Of a DNA stretch of 64,000 nt, positions 61,915-64,000 are shown piece by piece. The notes beneath the pieces were generated by a model. That model saw nothing but the letters and a program-made list of their open reading frames with translations. It made no database searches and had not been told where the DNA came from. The DNA is from Mustelus asterias (Eukaryota). Position 1 is the stretch's first letter; each line of letters opens with the position of its first letter. The position numbers and the translations under genes were made by a program. The stretch is from contig NC_135829.1 in NCBI RefSeq assembly GCF_964213995.1, positions 16,616,001 through 16,680,000 of the forward strand, in the 5' to 3' direction.

Positions 61915-61951
61915 CCATCTGACGAAGGAGCAGTGCTCCGAAAGCTAATGG
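61915..61951 (+). ncRNA. Minimal type I hammerhead ribozyme
   Basis: ccat-ctgacga-a-ggagc-agt-gctcc-gaa-a-gc-t-a-atgg. Confidence 0.8.
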
Positions 61952-62249
61952 CATTTGCTACCAAATAAACCGGTCGGACTTTAACCTGTTGTTAAAACTC
62001 TTACTGTGTTTACCCCAGTCCAACGCCGGCATCTCCACATTAAGATTCATTCACCAACCAGTTACGCTACAACAGATTATTGGTCAGTTCTCTCAATGTT
62101 ATTTGTGGAATCTTGCTATGCAATATCCAGCTGCCAATTTGCCAACATAGAAACAGTGGCTGCCATTCAAAAAAGGCCTCAAACTGTAAAGTACTCAGAA
62201 TCACATTTCTGTTGCAAGCTATGCTCGGAATTACTAACTTTGATGGGGT

Positions 62250-62550
62250 CGCACAGCGGTTAGCACTGCTGCCTCACAGCGCCAGGGACCCGGGTTCAAT
62301 CCCAGGTTTGGGTCACTGTCTGTGCGGATTTTACATGTTCTCCCTGTGTCTGCGTGGATTTCCTCCGGATGCTCTGGTTTCCTCCCACAGTCCAAAAGAC
62401 GTACTGGTTAGGGTGCATTGGCTGTGCTAAATTCTCCCTCAGTGTATCCGAACAGGTTTCGGAGTGTGGTGACTAGGGGATTTTCACAGTAACTTCATTG
62501 CAGTGTTAATGTAAGCCTATTTGTGACGCTAACAAACAAACTTTAAATTT
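62250..62550 (+). mobile_element. HE1-like SINE type B
   Basis: Consensus match. Confidence 0.88.
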
Positions 62551-63321
62551 TAAAGCATTTGGCTTACTTTAAAAAAGCAAAATACAAAATAGCTCAAGCA
62601 AATCTAACAAGCATCTTTCCCTGGTTTCTCTTGCAGCATCCCTCATACATTGCAAAAGTCTGTTAAGCACCAGACAATTTCTTGGCAGGTGCCACCTTAA
62701 GACCTTCTAACCGCTTCCGGCCACTTTTCACACTCCTTGTTTATTTTTGAAGTCTCCAATATAAACTGCCACCCACAAGGAGTCAAAGCAATTAGTTCAA
62801 AATGTTAGAAGCTAATGTTCATTTCAATCCTTCAAACAATTCCAAAACAAAAGGCAGTCTGAGGATTTGACCTAAACCCTGGGAAAAGATTGCCTGCTTG
62901 TGGGAGTATGAAGCTTTTGTGGGGGGGGGGGGGGGGGAAAGAGAGGGAGAGAGAGAGAAAAGGGAGAGAGAGAGAAGAGCGAGAGGAATTAAACTGCTAC
63001 TATTCCACCAGAAACACAAGGAGTATCAGTATCCTAGCCAACAGTTATTTCTCAATCAAAATCACCAGAAAAGAATATCGGTTCATGGGTCCTTGCTAAG
63101 TTAGCTAATACTTTTCCTACGTTACAACGATACAAGTGTACATAATTGGTTATAAAGAGCTTTGGGAAGCCGAGGCCATGAAAGATAGGAGATCAATTCT
63201 ATTAGATTGAAAAAAAAAGCTGTGCAGCTTAATCACAGACAACGAGAATAAATGATCAATTTCCAGCATGTCTCATGTTCCTAAAGATATATCCTTAGTA
63301 ATCGTTAGTGATGTGATAACA

Positions 63322-63630
63322 ATCATAGAATCCTACAGTGCAGAGGGAGGCCATTCGACCCATCGAGTCTGCACCGACCACAATCCCACCCAGATCCTAT
63401 CCCCCATAACCCCATGCATTTATCCTAGCTAGTCCGCCTGGCATTATAGGGCAATTTAGCATGGCCAATCCACCCAAACAGCACATCTTTGGAAGGATGT
63501 GGGAGGAAACCGGAGCACCTGGAGGAAACCCACGCAGCACGGGCAGAACGTGCAAACTCCACACAGATAGTTACCCAAGCTGTAAATCGTACCAGGTCCC
63601 TGGTGCTGTGAGGCAGCAGTGATAACCACC
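63322..63630 (-). mobile_element. HE1-like SINE type A
   Basis: Consensus match. Confidence 0.88.
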
Positions 63631-64000
63631 GGCAACAAGGGCAACATATTTCACAGCACAGATTTAAAAATGTGAAATCCTGATTCTCTAGCTCCTAGTA
63701 GCAATGTGCACCATTTTAATCAAAATACCAAATTCCAACGCAGAGAGCATTATGTACATTACACATGCTCTGATTATTTACTAACCCTGCTTAGTCAACA
63801 ACTTCACACAGCTAAGCTTCTATCCAACTGGGTCTGGCTACCTATTTCCAACAATTCATCTTAGGTTAATTATCTAAGAAGGGTGATAAAGACACTTCAA
63901 GGTTGCACAGTAGGTTTGCATTACCTTTATCAGATTAACTCAGGGAATTTAAGAAAAATATAGATTTTACATTGTGTGTGTTTACATAAATCCTCAGGGT

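Larger units (their letters stand above)
61692..62040. mobile_element. Non-autonomous fold-back Penelope pLTR element with two opposed hammerheads
   Basis: Inverted pLTR arms homologous to 42288-42510 and 44965-45067; TSD ta(g/a)gattcatt at 61681-61691 / 62041-62051. Confidence 0.88.
61545..62196 (+). mobile_element. Degraded DeuSINE, host of the 61692 fold-back element
   Basis: gagatgccatctttc..caggtggacagaaaagat..[insert]..gattattggtca..tttgtggaatcttgctatgc. Confidence 0.55.

Noticed and set aside
18768-62040. Recurring ggttaaagtccaacaggtttatttggtagc motif as a CRISPR-like repeat
   Set aside because: The copies are dispersed and belong to Penelope pLTRs; there is no regular repeat-spacer array and the context is eukaryotic.
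1209-63647. Dozens of similar short ORFs (TAASQRQGPGFDS.., GNPRRHGENVQTPH..) as a peptide gene family
   Set aside because: They are translations of HE1-like SINE copies in all frames, with inconsistent starts and stops.
55700-64000. HERC1 exon 1, promoter or CpG island
   Set aside because: No CpG-rich segment or supportable exon was seen; it probably lies beyond 64000.

Overview
This is vertebrate genomic DNA, most likely from a shark, because the repeats are dominated by HE1-type tRNA/V-SINEs and HER1/CR1-type LINEs. The window holds the 5' coding part of HERC1 (giant HECT/RCC1-like E3 ubiquitin ligase) on the minus strand: 16 coding exons (numbered 2-17 by analogy with human), 3343 nt of CDS from ATG 51835 to 966, all introns GT-AG and phase-consistent, including the first RCC1-like domain. 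The non-coding exon 1 was not found and the gene continues beyond position 1. The introns are packed with retroelements: about 30 HE1-like SINE copies with two different tails, many CR1 fragments (three with long ORF pieces), RTE and Rex/Babar fragments, DeuSINE remnants and a Harbinger-type MITE. There is also a Neptune-type Penelope element (RT + GIY-YIG) and several TSD-flanked fold-back Penelope derivatives, some carrying minimal hammerhead ribozymes. The most unusual items are: (1) a ~376-bp U1+U2 snRNA chimeric retro-insertion (45479-45854); (2) a LINE-derived element with a tRNA/Pol III head; (3) the hammerhead and fold-back Penelope set; (4) a ~315-bp inverted duplication later split by a young LINE; (5) a 4-codon uORF just before the HERC1 start. 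Family names and reference sequences come from recall, not database searches, and repeat boundaries are approximate unless a TSD is given.
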